Shown piece by piece: positions 7,419 to 15,480 of a stretch of DNA of 37,573 nucleotides. The DNA is from a virus. Lineage: Duplodnaviria; Caudoviricetes. A program made the position numbers and the translations under genes. How positions within the stretch are numbered: the first letter of the stretch is position 1; every line of letters begins with the position of its first letter. The DNA lies in the IMG/VR virus record IMGVR_UViG_3300031965_000087, positions 1 to 37,573 of that record. One strand, written 5' to 3'. The notes under the pieces were generated by a model, which saw nothing but the letters and a program-made list of their open reading frames with translations, had not been told where the DNA came from and ran no database searches.

Positions 7419-8132
7419 TCATACGTCGAGCCTCGTTTGCCAATACTCCGCGTCGCGGTCGCGATAGTGGAACCATGCTTTTCGGCAGCGTTCACGCACG
7501 CGTACCCATCCGCGACGGATAGGCGCTAGCTCTGGTTCGCCGTACTCACCGATCCAGAAGGTCCGGTGACGCACCAGATCACGATCGGGAACAACCCAAC
7601 GTACGCGGTAGCGACCGAAGAATGGGTAGGGCATCTCGTCGGGGCAGAAATCCGCGGGGAAGGCCAACTGTTGACCCCAGGCTTCCAAGGTCACGGGACG
7701 CGTCCACGTCTGCTTTGTCGCCGACCTCGTGACGGTGCAGTACGCGGCAACTCCAAAGGGCGTCGCGAATCCCGCTGTCTTCAGCGCGTAGTTATTCGCC
7801 ATCGTGCCCGGTGATCGGAGTGTGACTCGCACGTCGTGATCGAGAGCGTGGCTCTCGTTCACCGTCGCGGGCGGCTCGATTCGCCACTGACGCTCGACTC
7901 TCCGACGACGCCGCGAACGGAGATCGCGTCGGAAGACTCTCCACGTTGTGCTCGTGACCAGTAGCCAGTACGCAGCTACGGCGAGCGTGCTGAAAGCGAG
8001 CCACTTCAGCACGTCTCGCCATTCCCCAACGACCTTCGGATCCGCGGCGATGACCGCAACAGCGGCCATCGCCAGTACGACGACTTCCAAGCGGATTGCG
8101 CGCTTGACCTGCTCCCGCTCGGACTCCGCCAC
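7419..8132 (-). CDS. IS cargo membrane protein (2 N-terminal TM segments)
   Basis: Two hydrophobic helices then a soluble domain; lies wholly between the TIRs. Confidence 0.7.
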   Translation of the reverse strand: MAESEREQVKRAIRLEVVVLAMAAVAVIAADPKVVGEWRDVLKWLAFSTLAVAAYWLLVTSTTWRVFRRDLRSRRRRRVERQWRIEPPATVNESHALDHDVRVTLRSPGTMANNYALKTAGFATPFGVAAYCTVTRSATKQTWTRPVTLEAWGQQLAFPADFCPDEMPYPFFGRYRVRWVVPDRDLVRHRTFWIGEYGEPELAPIRRGWVRVRERCRKAWFHYRDRDAEYWQTRLDV

Positions 8133-8544
8133 TCGTCACCCCCAGCCTCGGCTACTCCGAGACTAGTGGGTTTGTCACGTCCAACATCCTCGTAGTAGTC
8201 GAACGCCCCACGCGCCGCGAGTGCGTTGAGGTACGGGTCGAGACGAGACGCGAACGGGAACCCGTACACCGCGGCGAGGTGCGCGATGGTGCCGTCGAAG
8301 CCGGGATGCAGCTGGAACACGCCTTCGTACTTGCCGTTCCGCGCATACGGGTTGTGGTTGCTCTCGCGTGCCGCGATGCGGTGCGCGCAGTCGAGGACGA
8401 CGGGACCCCGATCCGCGAACGCTTGCTCGACTGCGTTCCACCCGTCTTGCCAGGTGTAGACCGACTCGGGAGTACCCGGTGTCGTGCCGGGACGACACGC
8501 CGCGGCGGCGAGGAACACGAGAACGACGAGTGCGAAGGTGCGTC

Positions 8545-8790
8545 TCATCGGTTCGCTCGAGTTGCTTGGAACACGACCCGGCCGGGACGCGTCTTGGTCG
8601 CGGAATAGGTGCGGGTCTCGATGAGGTACCCGCGCCGTGCCGCGGCTGACGTGACCTGGCACCGCATCGAATGGACACTCACGAAGAAGTCCTCACCATG
8701 AGTGATCTCCCACACCTGGCCGTCGAACCAGTCGGTCCACGGGTACCGGCTGTTCTGCCTCGATGGGAGCGCGTCGAGTACCTCTGCCAT
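8545..8790 (-). CDS. Small phage protein, possible DNA-binding
   Basis: SRYPWTDWFDGQVWEI..GEDF motif; coupled. Confidence 0.75.
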   Translation of the reverse strand: MAEVLDALPSRQNSRYPWTDWFDGQVWEITHGEDFFVSVHSMRCQVTSAAARRGYLIETRTYSATKTRPGRVVFQATRANR

Positions 8791-9086
8791 CAGACGACCT
8801 TCCACACTTGTTGCGGGCAGCCCCGCTCCGAGTCGGCGTACTCACCGGTCCAGACGATCTGCTTCGCGACCTTGAGGCGCGACAGCGCGGACTTCACGGT
8901 CGGCGGGTACAAGCGGGGACGGTGCGCGCAGATCGCGTCGGCGTGGAGGGGCCCGTAGACGGCGAGGACATCGAGGATCGCTTGTTCGGCGCCGCCACGC
9001 TGCTTCTGCGCGGCGATGACGCTGGACCGCGGGTCCGTCGCACGGACACGGCCCGCCGGCGCGTCGAACAGGGTGAGGTCGCTCAC
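8790..9086 (-). CDS. Winged-helix DNA-binding protein
   Basis: RATDPRSS...AILDVL..YGP...TVKSALSRL...SERG...VW. Confidence 0.72.
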   Translation of the reverse strand: MSDLTLFDAPAGRVRATDPRSSVIAAQKQRGGAEQAILDVLAVYGPLHADAICAHRPRLYPPTVKSALSRLKVAKQIVWTGEYADSERGCPQQVWKVV

Positions 9087-9241
9087 GAGCCGCACTTCTT
9101 ACAGATCCAGATCCAAACGCCTTGCGGGGTCTCGTCCGTCGCGATCAATTGCTCCGATACGCGCTCGCGGCAGAGGTTGCAAGTAGTCCAACGTTCACGG
9201 CCTAGGTTCCTGCCCGGTTGGATCGGAGTCGGCGGGCTCAC
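9083..9241 (-). CDS. Small Zn-ribbon protein
   Basis: CNLC...CKKC; GTGA couplings. Confidence 0.55.
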   Translation of the reverse strand: MSPPTPIQPGRNLGRERWTTCNLCRERVSEQLIATDETPQGVWIWICKKCGS

Positions 9242-9438
9242 CTGTTCGTCTCCGAGACTGCGACTGACGCGCACTCGTGCTTCGTGCCGTCCTCGTCGCA
9301 CCAGACCAACCCGCGCAGGAACACGCGGGCACCACACCCCGAACACTTCCCCGGCAGCGGCGGTGGAGTCGGGGTGTCAGCACATCCCACGACACGGACC
9401 GACAACGGGTCGCGACGAGAACGATTCATCGACATCAC
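9238..9438 (-). CDS. Small Zn-finger protein
   Basis: CSGCGA...HEC. Confidence 0.6.
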   Translation of the reverse strand: MMSMNRSRRDPLSVRVVGCADTPTPPPLPGKCSGCGARVFLRGLVWCDEDGTKHECASVAVSETNR

Positions 9439-9884
9439 ACGACCTCAACCAACGCGTCGAGGACCCGCTCGAGCTCCGACAGACGCACGACCAACAAGCC
9501 ATCAGACGTGCGGGTACCCATGAACACCGCTGCGAACGGACGCGGGTCACCGTGGGCTTTCGCGGCTTCGGCTTGGGCTTCGGACGCCGCGTACTTCGTC
9601 CACACCGGACTCGCGACCGCACCCGACTTCACCTCGACCCGGACTGGGAGCACCCAGTTCTCCTCGTTGCCGGTCTGCGTCGAGAACCGTCCCGCCTGCT
9701 TCCCGGTCAGGACTTCGAGGTGCTTGCGGGCTTGGCGTTGCTTCTTCATCCCGCTGCGACGGTTACGTCGACCTCGACACGACGGGCACGGCTTCGTCCG
9801 GGTGCACGACTCGACGTCTTTCTTGCACACCCACGGTCGGGTCTGCTTGTCGAGCTTCGGGAACCCGGCGGGAACGTCAGGCAT
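9435..9884 (-). CDS. Holliday junction resolvase-like PD-(D/E)XK nuclease with N-terminal Zn motif
   Basis: GRRNRRSG, VEVKSG, PFAAVF, LVVRLSEL. Confidence 0.7.
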   Translation of the reverse strand: MPDVPAGFPKLDKQTRPWVCKKDVESCTRTKPCPSCRGRRNRRSGMKKQRQARKHLEVLTGKQAGRFSTQTGNEENWVLPVRVEVKSGAVASPVWTKYAASEAQAEAAKAHGDPRPFAAVFMGTRTSDGLLVVRLSELERVLDALVEVV

Positions 9885-10041
9885 CGGTCGACCTCGCGGC
9901 GAGCGCAGCGCGTGTCAGCGCGACACCCAACTCGATGCATTCCTTCGGGTAGTACGCGATCGAATGCGGGAACCAGATCGCGTACGCGTCGAAGCCGGGA
10001 CGCCACTCGCACCATCCGGCTACCGACGCGTACGCGCTCAT
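9877..10041 (-). CDS. Hypothetical protein, 54 aa (not in the ORF track)
   Basis: Manual translation MSAYASVAGWCEWRPG...; fills the gap between SSB and resolvase. Confidence 0.5.
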   Translation of the reverse strand: MSAYASVAGWCEWRPGFDAYAIWFPHSIAYYPKECIELGVALTRAALAARSTDA

Positions 10042-10042
10042 C

Positions 10043-10546
10043 TCAGAACGGCTCTTCGGAGAAGTCGCTCAAGTCCTCGCCGTCGACCACCGGTTCCGCC
10101 TGGTCGAGCACCGCGGTCGCTTCGGGCGGACCGAACTTCGCCTGATACAGCTTCGGGGGCGCGAGGTTGTTCTTCGCCTCACCGTCACCCGTCCAACAGA
10201 CGCCGAGCTTCCCGCCCTTCACGTCACCTGCATGGCCGGCCTTCTTGATCGCGTTCTTGATCGCGCCGATCATCTGGCCTTTCGCGAACAGGCGGCGGAC
10301 CCCGTCGTCGTCTTCGATCTCCGGGTTACGTTCGTCGGTCTGCAACGTGAAGACGACTTGCATCATCGGGCGTTGCTTCTCGTCGTCGTAGAACTTCGGG
10401 GCTTTCGTCTGGAAGTCGGTCTGTTGGGTCAGGTCCATCGACACGATGGTCCCGACGACCCACTTGCCTTTCATGGACTGGTCCGCGAACGACACGGAAG
10501 GTGCGCCTGCGGAGAGCAGGAACTCGAGGGCTGCTTCGTCACTCAT
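10043..10546 (-). CDS. Single-stranded DNA-binding protein, actinophage type
   Basis: QQTDFQT...MQVVFTLQTD...DDDGVRRLFAKG...PKLY; acidic tail ending EEPF; AAGGA RBS. Confidence 0.75.
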   Translation of the reverse strand: MSDEAALEFLLSAGAPSVSFADQSMKGKWVVGTIVSMDLTQQTDFQTKAPKFYDDEKQRPMMQVVFTLQTDERNPEIEDDDGVRRLFAKGQMIGAIKNAIKKAGHAGDVKGGKLGVCWTGDGEAKNNLAPPKLYQAKFGPPEATAVLDQAEPVVDGEDLSDFSEEPF

Positions 10547-10572
10547 GTGGGGTTCCTTTGCTTGGTTGGGGT

Positions 10573-10800
10573 TCAGACGACGTGGAGTCGCCGGGTTGGT
10601 ACGTCCGTGAACTCGGCTGGTCCGAGTCGTCCCGTGATCTGCGCTGCGATCGCGCAGTACGTCGTGTGGAGGTCGTCGAGGTCGTCGCGGCATTGGCGTA
10701 ACTCGGCGACTGTCATGTCAGGCACGGCTCGTTCGATCTCACCGAGAGCCCGACCGAGGTCGAAGATGCCGACGCAACGGTCAGCACGAGGGTCAGCCAT
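10573..10800 (-). CDS. Hypothetical protein
   Basis: ATG 10800, coupled. Confidence 0.6.
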   Translation of the reverse strand: MADPRADRCVGIFDLGRALGEIERAVPDMTVAELRQCRDDLDDLHTTYCAIAAQITGRLGPAEFTDVPTRRLHVV

Positions 10801-11056
10801 GAGTGCGCTCCGGTTCGGGTTGCGGGACGAGCGCGTCAGGGATCGGCGCCCACTCGGCGAGTCCTTGCCAGATCCCGACGAGGCGACAATGCGACGGGTA
10901 CGCACGAATCGAGACGACTTTCTTGTACGCGTCGCCCCGGTCGTCGTAGGTCCGCACACGGCGTTGGAACGTGTCGGACTTCGGTTCGGGGTAGCCGACG
11001 CATTCGTCCCACACGACGCGGAACAGCTCGCCGTGAGGCTGATACGTCGACTTCAT
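10793..11056 (-). CDS. Hypothetical protein
   Basis: GAGGA RBS, ATGA coupling. Confidence 0.65.
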   Translation of the reverse strand: MKSTYQPHGELFRVVWDECVGYPEPKSDTFQRRVRTYDDRGDAYKKVVSIRAYPSHCRLVGIWQGLAEWAPIPDALVPQPEPERTHG

Positions 11057-11265
11057 GCCGCGTCCTCTGGGTTGTCGGCGCAGATGGTGCAGTCCTCGAA
11101 GTCACGGAGATGGCGGCACCAATGCGACCTGGGCGGTGCGGCCTCTTCGGCTTCGTCGCGGACGAGGTCGAAGTCGATGACCGGCGGGAACCGGCCTGCG
11201 TCGATGCAGTCCTGGTAGCCGACCGGGTCGGTGCGAGCCATGTAGTCGCGAGTGGACTCACCCAT
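11053..11265 (-). CDS. Hypothetical protein (CxH...CxxC)
   Basis: ATG 11265. Confidence 0.55.
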   Translation of the reverse strand: MGESTRDYMARTDPVGYQDCIDAGRFPPVIDFDLVRDEAEEAAPPRSHWCRHLRDFEDCTICADNPEDAA

Positions 11266-11491
11266 CGCAACGCTCACAGACCGCGGCGTACCCGTGGAAC
11301 GTGGCTTCGCAGATCGGGCAGAGCGAGAGTGGCCCCGGCGTGGGAGTTTCTGCGGTGCGAGCCGCAGCACACCGGGGCCGGTCCCGACCGTCGACGCTAC
11401 GCGTGGGGCGTGCGACCCCATCAGCGGCGGACTGACCGAGAGCACGGTTCACCGTGTAGTAGTCGCGGGCGATGTCGCGGAGGAGGTTCAC
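11258..11491 (-). CDS. Hypothetical Zn-finger protein
   Basis: CPIC...CERC. Confidence 0.55.
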   Translation of the reverse strand: MNLLRDIARDYYTVNRALGQSAADGVARPTRSVDGRDRPRCAAARTAETPTPGPLSLCPICEATFHGYAAVCERCDG

Positions 11492-11730
11492 AAGACACTC
11501 GCGATCGTCACGTCGCCGTCCTCGTCGTTCTCCATCACGACGAGACGTTCCACGTCAGCGGCGTTCGCGCATGACCCGGCTGCGACGATCGACTCTGCGA
11601 TCAGACGGCGGCGCGACGTGTCGGGGAGCGCGGCGAGGAACGCGCGCATCCCCGGCGTGTACGCGGCGTCGACGCGGGCGAGGAGACCTGACGCGGTGGG
11701 ACGCATCGGGAGCTTGATGGGGCGGGTCAT
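11488..11730 (-). CDS. Hypothetical protein
   Basis: ATG 11730, coupled. Confidence 0.55.
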   Translation of the reverse strand: MTRPIKLPMRPTASGLLARVDAAYTPGMRAFLAALPDTSRRRLIAESIVAAGSCANAADVERLVVMENDEDGDVTIASVL

Positions 11731-11846
11731 GTGGACCGTCCACAGTCGATGCACGCCTGGTAGAACCCGCGGGTCGCGTCGTGGTGCGGGACCGGGTTGT
11801 GGCCGACGAGCCAACAGAGATGCACCTTGCGGAGCAGCGCAGTCAT
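11727..11846 (-). CDS. Micro Zn-finger protein, 39 aa (not in the ORF track)
   Basis: MTALLRKVHLCWLVGH...CIDCGRST; ATGA couplings at both ends. Confidence 0.6.
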   Translation of the reverse strand: MTALLRKVHLCWLVGHNPVPHHDATRGFYQACIDCGRST

Positions 11847-12070
11847 GCCGTGTCACCGTTCGTGTCGGGCTTCACCGCAGCCCGCATGTCAGCCTCAAGT
11901 CGTGCAACGTCTTTCGGGTCGTAGTACCGGAAGCCGTGCTCACCGGGTCCCCGCTCGACTGGTGTGAGATGACCGGCCTTCTCCCAGCGGCGAATCGTGC
12001 CGATCGACCGGTTGAACCGGAGAGCGACATCACCGATGGTGAGGTACTGCGAGCGTGTGGTTTCTCCCAT
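11843..12070 (-). CDS. MerR-family HTH protein (Cro- or excisionase-like)
   Basis: YLTIGDVA...SIGTIRRWEKAG.L.P.ER...GFRYY; first gene of the early operon, divergent from the repressor. Confidence 0.88.
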   Translation of the reverse strand: MGETTRSQYLTIGDVALRFNRSIGTIRRWEKAGHLTPVERGPGEHGFRYYDPKDVARLEADMRAAVKPDTNGDTA

Positions 12071-12079
12071 GCAGCCCGC

Positions 12080-12107
12080 AATCTACCAGGATGATGGGAG
12101 TTGTCAA
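12080..12107 (-). promoter_or_regulatory. Early (lytic) promoter
   Basis: TTGACA-16 nt-TAGATT on the - strand. Confidence 0.65.
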
Positions 12108-12141
12108 CAGTCAATCAGAGATAGCCACTCGTGGGTAGAGA

Positions 12142-12170
12142 TTGACAGGGTTGGTGAGGCCTGCGACGAT
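12142..12170 (+). promoter_or_regulatory. Repressor promoter
   Basis: TTGACA-17 nt-GACGAT; AAGGAG RBS before ATG 12212. Confidence 0.55.
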
Positions 12171-12211
12171 GACCCAGGTACCACCAACACCTCGACGAAA
12201 GGAGCATCACC

Positions 12212-12580
12212 ATGAGCGCCCCCCACCTCGAACACACCGTCCCCGCCGAACTCGCGCACCTCATCGCCACCAACGAACCACCCAAGCTCGACACGTTCAC
12301 CGGACGACTCGAGTACGTCCGCAACCTCACGGGACTCTCCCGCGTGAAGTACGCCGAGAAGATCGGGGTCGGCTCCACCACCTACGACGCGTGGTCCCGA
12401 GGCACGATGCCCCGCGGGCAGGAACTCCTCGACGTGTGCGTCGCCGTGGAACGGGCCTTTCAGGTCCCTCGCGGGTGGCTCGCATGGGGATCGGACACGA
12501 AGCAATCTCCCTTGTACCTCATGGAGATTGGGCAAGGCTACGGTGACACCCACCGATTCGGGGCACCCGAGTGCAACTAG
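12212..12580 (+). CDS. XRE/CI-like HTH immunity repressor
   Basis: RLEYVRNLTGLSRVKYAEKIGVGSTTYDAWSRGTMP...VPRGWLAWG. Confidence 0.88.
   Translation: MSAPHLEHTVPAELAHLIATNEPPKLDTFTGRLEYVRNLTGLSRVKYAEKIGVGSTTYDAWSRGTMPRGQELLDVCVAVERAFQVPRGWLAWGSDTKQSPLYLMEIGQGYGDTHRFGAPECN
12503..12530. other. Candidate attP core inside the repressor ORF
   Basis: CAATCTCCCT-TGTACCTC-ATGGAGATTG: 10-bp inverted arms (9/10 match) around an 8-bp spacer. Confidence 0.6.
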
Positions 12581-12669
12581 CCTCCCCGCCGCTTGACGCC
12601 ACCACGAATCTGGCCGAGGCTGCGCCCGCCGGAGACCTGGGGCGGGTCATCAGCAGCGGGGGATCGAGC

Positions 12670-13503
12670 ATGGGTGGTGCCCCCAAGCTGCGGAGCGTCG
12701 ACCTTCCGACAGCCGCCCGTCCCCTCTTCGACGAGTACCTCCGGTACCTCGACCGGCGTGACTTCTCGCCCCTCACGGTGAAGCACTACCGCCAAGCCGC
12801 GTGGCAGTGGCTCCACGCGACCGGCGGCCGTCAACCCGACCATGTGACCGTCGACGTGTTCGTCGGTGGGGACCCCTCGACGTACACGCGGGTCCGGTCC
12901 TACATCCGGTGGGCTCTCGCCGAAGGGCACTACACGATCGACCCGTTGCTGCGATCCCATCCTCCCCGCACGAAACGGGGGACGCCCCGCCCGATCTCCG
13001 AGACGGACTTCGCGCGTGCCGTGCACCTCGCCGACCCGAGGATGCGCTGCTGGCTGCTCCTCGCTGGCAAAGCCGGACTGCGTTGCAAAGAGATCGCCGG
13101 GATCCGCGTCGAGGACATCGAACACGACGCGACACCCCCCATGCTCTACGTGTCGAACCCGAAAGGCTCGTCGTACGGGCATGTGCCGTTGCATCCCGAC
13201 ATCCTTCGTGCCTTCACCGCGTACGGGCTCCCCACCGGCGGGTACTTGTTCCCCGGCCACAAAGGCCGCGGGTTCATCTCACCGGGATACGTGTCCGACA
13301 CTGGCAACGCGTACCTCAAAGCCGTCGGGATCGGCGCGACGATGCACCAGCTACGCCACCGGTGTGGGTCCCGCGTGTACGACGAGTCGGGTGGCGATCT
13401 GTTGCTCACACAGCGGGTGTTGCGTCATGCGAGTGTGCAGTCGACGCAGATCTACGCGGAGCGTGACGTGGTGCGACTCGCGGATTTCTTCTCGACGTTC
13501 TGA
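12670..13503 (+). CDS. int: Tyrosine integrase (no arm-binding domain evident)
   Basis: GLRCKEI, PKG, HQLRH and LRHASVQSTQIY catalytic motifs; about 277 aa from ATG 12670 (start could be further upstream). Confidence 0.95.
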   Translation: MGGAPKLRSVDLPTAARPLFDEYLRYLDRRDFSPLTVKHYRQAAWQWLHATGGRQPDHVTVDVFVGGDPSTYTRVRSYIRWALAEGHYTIDPLLRSHPPRTKRGTPRPISETDFARAVHLADPRMRCWLLLAGKAGLRCKEIAGIRVEDIEHDATPPMLYVSNPKGSSYGHVPLHPDILRAFTAYGLPTGGYLFPGHKGRGFISPGYVSDTGNAYLKAVGIGATMHQLRHRCGSRVYDESGGDLLLTQRVLRHASVQSTQIYAERDVVRLADFFSTF

Positions 13504-13766
13504 CCCGGTAGCGTTCTCGGCATGGGTGACGTCGAGGACTTGTCGGACGAGTACGGCGAGGTGTACGTCATCGTCGATGAGGACGAGTCGTGCTCGGGGC
13601 CGACATCAGGCCATTGTGACGACCAGTCGAACAACGCTGAGGAGCCGTGAGGGATCACCCGGACATGCGGGTCGGGTTCCTCACGGGCCCGTAGGGGCGG
13701 CGGGGTCTCAACGGGTCGGGACACTTGCCACCAGGCCCACCATGCGAGGACGCCTGCTACGCCCAC
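13452..13766 (-). CDS. Possible small membrane protein ending the lysis operon; boundaries doubtful
   Basis: Hydrophobic N-terminus; 3' part overlaps the integrase and the 13522 ORF. Confidence 0.35.
   Translation of the reverse strand: MGVAGVLAWWAWWQVSRPVETPPPLRAREEPDPHVRVIPHGSSALFDWSSQWPDVGPEHDSSSSTMTYTSPYSSDKSSTSPMPRTLPGQNVEKKSASRTTSRSA
13522..13650 (+). CDS. Acidic micro-protein, 42 aa (not in the ORF track)
   Basis: TAGCGT-7nt-ATG; MGDVEDLSDEYGEVYVIVDEDESCSGPTSGHCDDQSNNAEEP. Confidence 0.45.
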   Translation: MGDVEDLSDEYGEVYVIVDEDESCSGPTSGHCDDQSNNAEEP

Positions 13767-13787
13767 GACGAACGCCAGCAGCAGCCG

Positions 13788-14057
13788 TCACCTCGCTGGG
13801 CCTTGCGGCGGCTCAGGCCCAGGAGACTCCTCGATGTGGCGTTGCTCCTTCGCGGTCCGTTCGTCGTGCGGGATCGCTTCGATGCGCCGTGTCTCGTCGG
13901 CGGCGGCGAGACCACCCGTGGTCGTCTCGTTGTACGTCTTGACCTCGTCGCGGACCTCGCGGGTACGGCGCAGGTTCACGACTGTCGCGAACGCGCCGAC
14001 TGTCGCGGTGAGGAACGTGCCCGCAGCGATGATGAGCGCAGCCGGGTCAGCGGTCAC
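13788..14057 (-). CDS. Single-TM lysis-region membrane protein
   Basis: N-terminal TM; downstream of the endolysin. Confidence 0.7.
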   Translation of the reverse strand: MTADPAALIIAAGTFLTATVGAFATVVNLRRTREVRDEVKTYNETTTGGLAAADETRRIEAIPHDERTAKEQRHIEESPGPEPPQGPAR

Positions 14058-14404
14058 GGCTCTTGCAGCTTCCCGAGAGCCTCACCGTGACCCGACAGTC
14101 GATCATCGACCCCCGAGAGGCGTTCGTCGACCCCGTCGAGGCGACGGTCGATACGAGCGAACCCCTGATCCATCTTGAGGCCCATCGTGTGGACCATCGT
14201 GTAGAGCGACGGGTCCTCCGGCGGGTGATGGTTCACGGCACGGTTGATCGCCTCGACCTCGACTGCGGTCTGCGCGGTCCGCACGTCGATCTTCTTGTCG
14301 CGATGTTCGAGTCGTTTCCGGGCGCGTGCGAGGACGTAGAGGATCGCCGCGCCGAAGAACACTCCGGCGCCTTGGAGGAGCGTGTCGAACGTCGCGGCGA
14401 CCAT
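14054..14404 (-). CDS. Single-TM plus coiled-coil lysis-region protein (holin-like)
   Basis: TM, AVNH motif and heptads IDRRLDGVDERLSGVDDRL. Confidence 0.72.
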   Translation of the reverse strand: MVAATFDTLLQGAGVFFGAAILYVLARARKRLEHRDKKIDVRTAQTAVEVEAINRAVNHHPPEDPSLYTMVHTMGLKMDQGFARIDRRLDGVDERLSGVDDRLSGHGEALGKLQEP

Positions 14405-14408
14405 CAGG

Positions 14409-15134
14409 TCAGACGACCGCCGTGCGGACCACGTCGCCCACGGTGTACCACCAGTGGACGAACTTGCCCGGCTCGGTCGACGGTGCGACGACACGCCACC
14501 CCGACGGGAGCCTGAGGCTCGGGAAGTCCGACGTGAGGTACACCGCCACGGGCGCGTTCGGGATGCACCCGGCCGGGCCCGCGTTGTGGCCGACAGCCGG
14601 CTGGTTCTTCCCCGAATCCCACCCGGTCTCGTACTCGTGCACGAGCTGGCCGGTCTCGTTGACCGCCCACACGTTCGGGTGTCCGTCGATGATGCGTGAC
14701 GCCATCTCTGTCTCCTGTCGTCGTCGTGCGACCTCGACGGCGATCGCCGCCCAGTCGACTCCCGGCGCGGCGGGAGTCCCACCCGCGACCGATCGTGGGG
14801 TAACCCCGCTGTTGCGTGACCAGAGGGGCTCGTAATGCCAGTTCTCCGACGGCACCGTCCGGACCATCAGGTACGCGGGTGCGAGGCGCGCGAGGAGGCC
14901 CATATCGCCACCGAAGTCGATCGCGAGGCCATCGGTGTGCTTCGAACCGGTGCCGCCGAGGCTTCGCGGCTTCGCGGCGACGGGGCCGCCCTGGGTGATG
15001 TAGCGATTCCAGAGGACGACCTGCTCCGCGTCGGTGCGGACCGCCGACACGAACCAGATCCGGCCACCGGAAGCGGCGACGAGCGCCTCGGCGTTCGCCC
15101 GGAAGTGCGGCTCGAGCCCTTCGAGGCGGGCCAT
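14409..15134 (-). CDS. Endolysin, M15-family Zn peptidase with C-terminal binding domain
   Basis: SAVRT..EQ, SKH..GLAID, ENWHYE motifs. Confidence 0.88.
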   Translation of the reverse strand: MARLEGLEPHFRANAEALVAASGGRIWFVSAVRTDAEQVVLWNRYITQGGPVAAKPRSLGGTGSKHTDGLAIDFGGDMGLLARLAPAYLMVRTVPSENWHYEPLWSRNSGVTPRSVAGGTPAAPGVDWAAIAVEVARRRQETEMASRIIDGHPNVWAVNETGQLVHEYETGWDSGKNQPAVGHNAGPAGCIPNAPVAVYLTSDFPSLRLPSGWRVVAPSTEPGKFVHWWYTVGDVVRTAVV

Positions 15135-15138
15135 CAGG

Positions 15139-15462
15139 TCAGGAGCCTTCGTGTGCGTTCAGCGCCGCCGGGTCGATCTTCTCGACCGTCGACGGTGAGA
15201 ACACCCGATCACGGGTGAGGAGAGCCTGCACTCGCACGAGCGTTGCGAGCACCGCGGTGGCGGTCACGATCGTCGCCGCGACCGCTGTACGGGCCTTCTC
15301 GGGCAGCACAGGAAGCACCTCAGCCGCAGCGGCGAGCACCACGCCGAGCACAGCGATCAACGCGCCGATCGCCGCTGCGACCTTCTTGGCCGGCTCCTCC
15401 ATCCACGCTGGCGTGATCTCGCCCTCGTTGATGGTCGGGTTCGGGAGCGTGGTCAGGTTCAT
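15139..15462 (-). CDS. Holin, 2 TM
   Basis: Two hydrophobic helices, RDRVFSP tail, directly before the endolysin. Confidence 0.78.
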   Translation of the reverse strand: MNLTTLPNPTINEGEITPAWMEEPAKKVAAAIGALIAVLGVVLAAAAEVLPVLPEKARTAVAATIVTATAVLATLVRVQALLTRDRVFSPSTVEKIDPAALNAHEGS

Positions 15463-15480
15463 GGGGGGGGTCTCCTTTGG

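Larger units (their letters stand above)
6426..8191 (+). mobile_element. IS1595-family element with cargo, 1766 bp
   Basis: 25-bp TIRs GAGGATGTTGGACTTGACAAACCCA / TGGGTTTGTCACGTCCAACATCCTC (1 mismatch); 8-bp TSD GTAGTAGT at 6418-6425 and 8192-8199. Confidence 0.95.
6364..8548 (-). pseudogene. Lysozyme-like/transglycosylase lipoprotein interrupted by IS1595 (5' part 8548-8192, 3' part 6417-6364)
   Basis: Signal/lipobox MRRTFALVVLVFLAAAAC; RESNHNPYARNGKYEGVFQ and DPYLNA motifs; removing the IS plus one TSD restores the frame ...AFDYYGGSFRVNWTQTVPGGCP*. Confidence 0.85.

Noticed and set aside
6364-7476. 370-aa - strand ORF
   Set aside because: Antisense to the transposase; only its last residues are real, belonging to the split lipoprotein
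12480-12670. tRNA or tmRNA fragment at the attachment site
   Set aside because: No T-loop, anticodon arm or acceptor stem recognisable by eye
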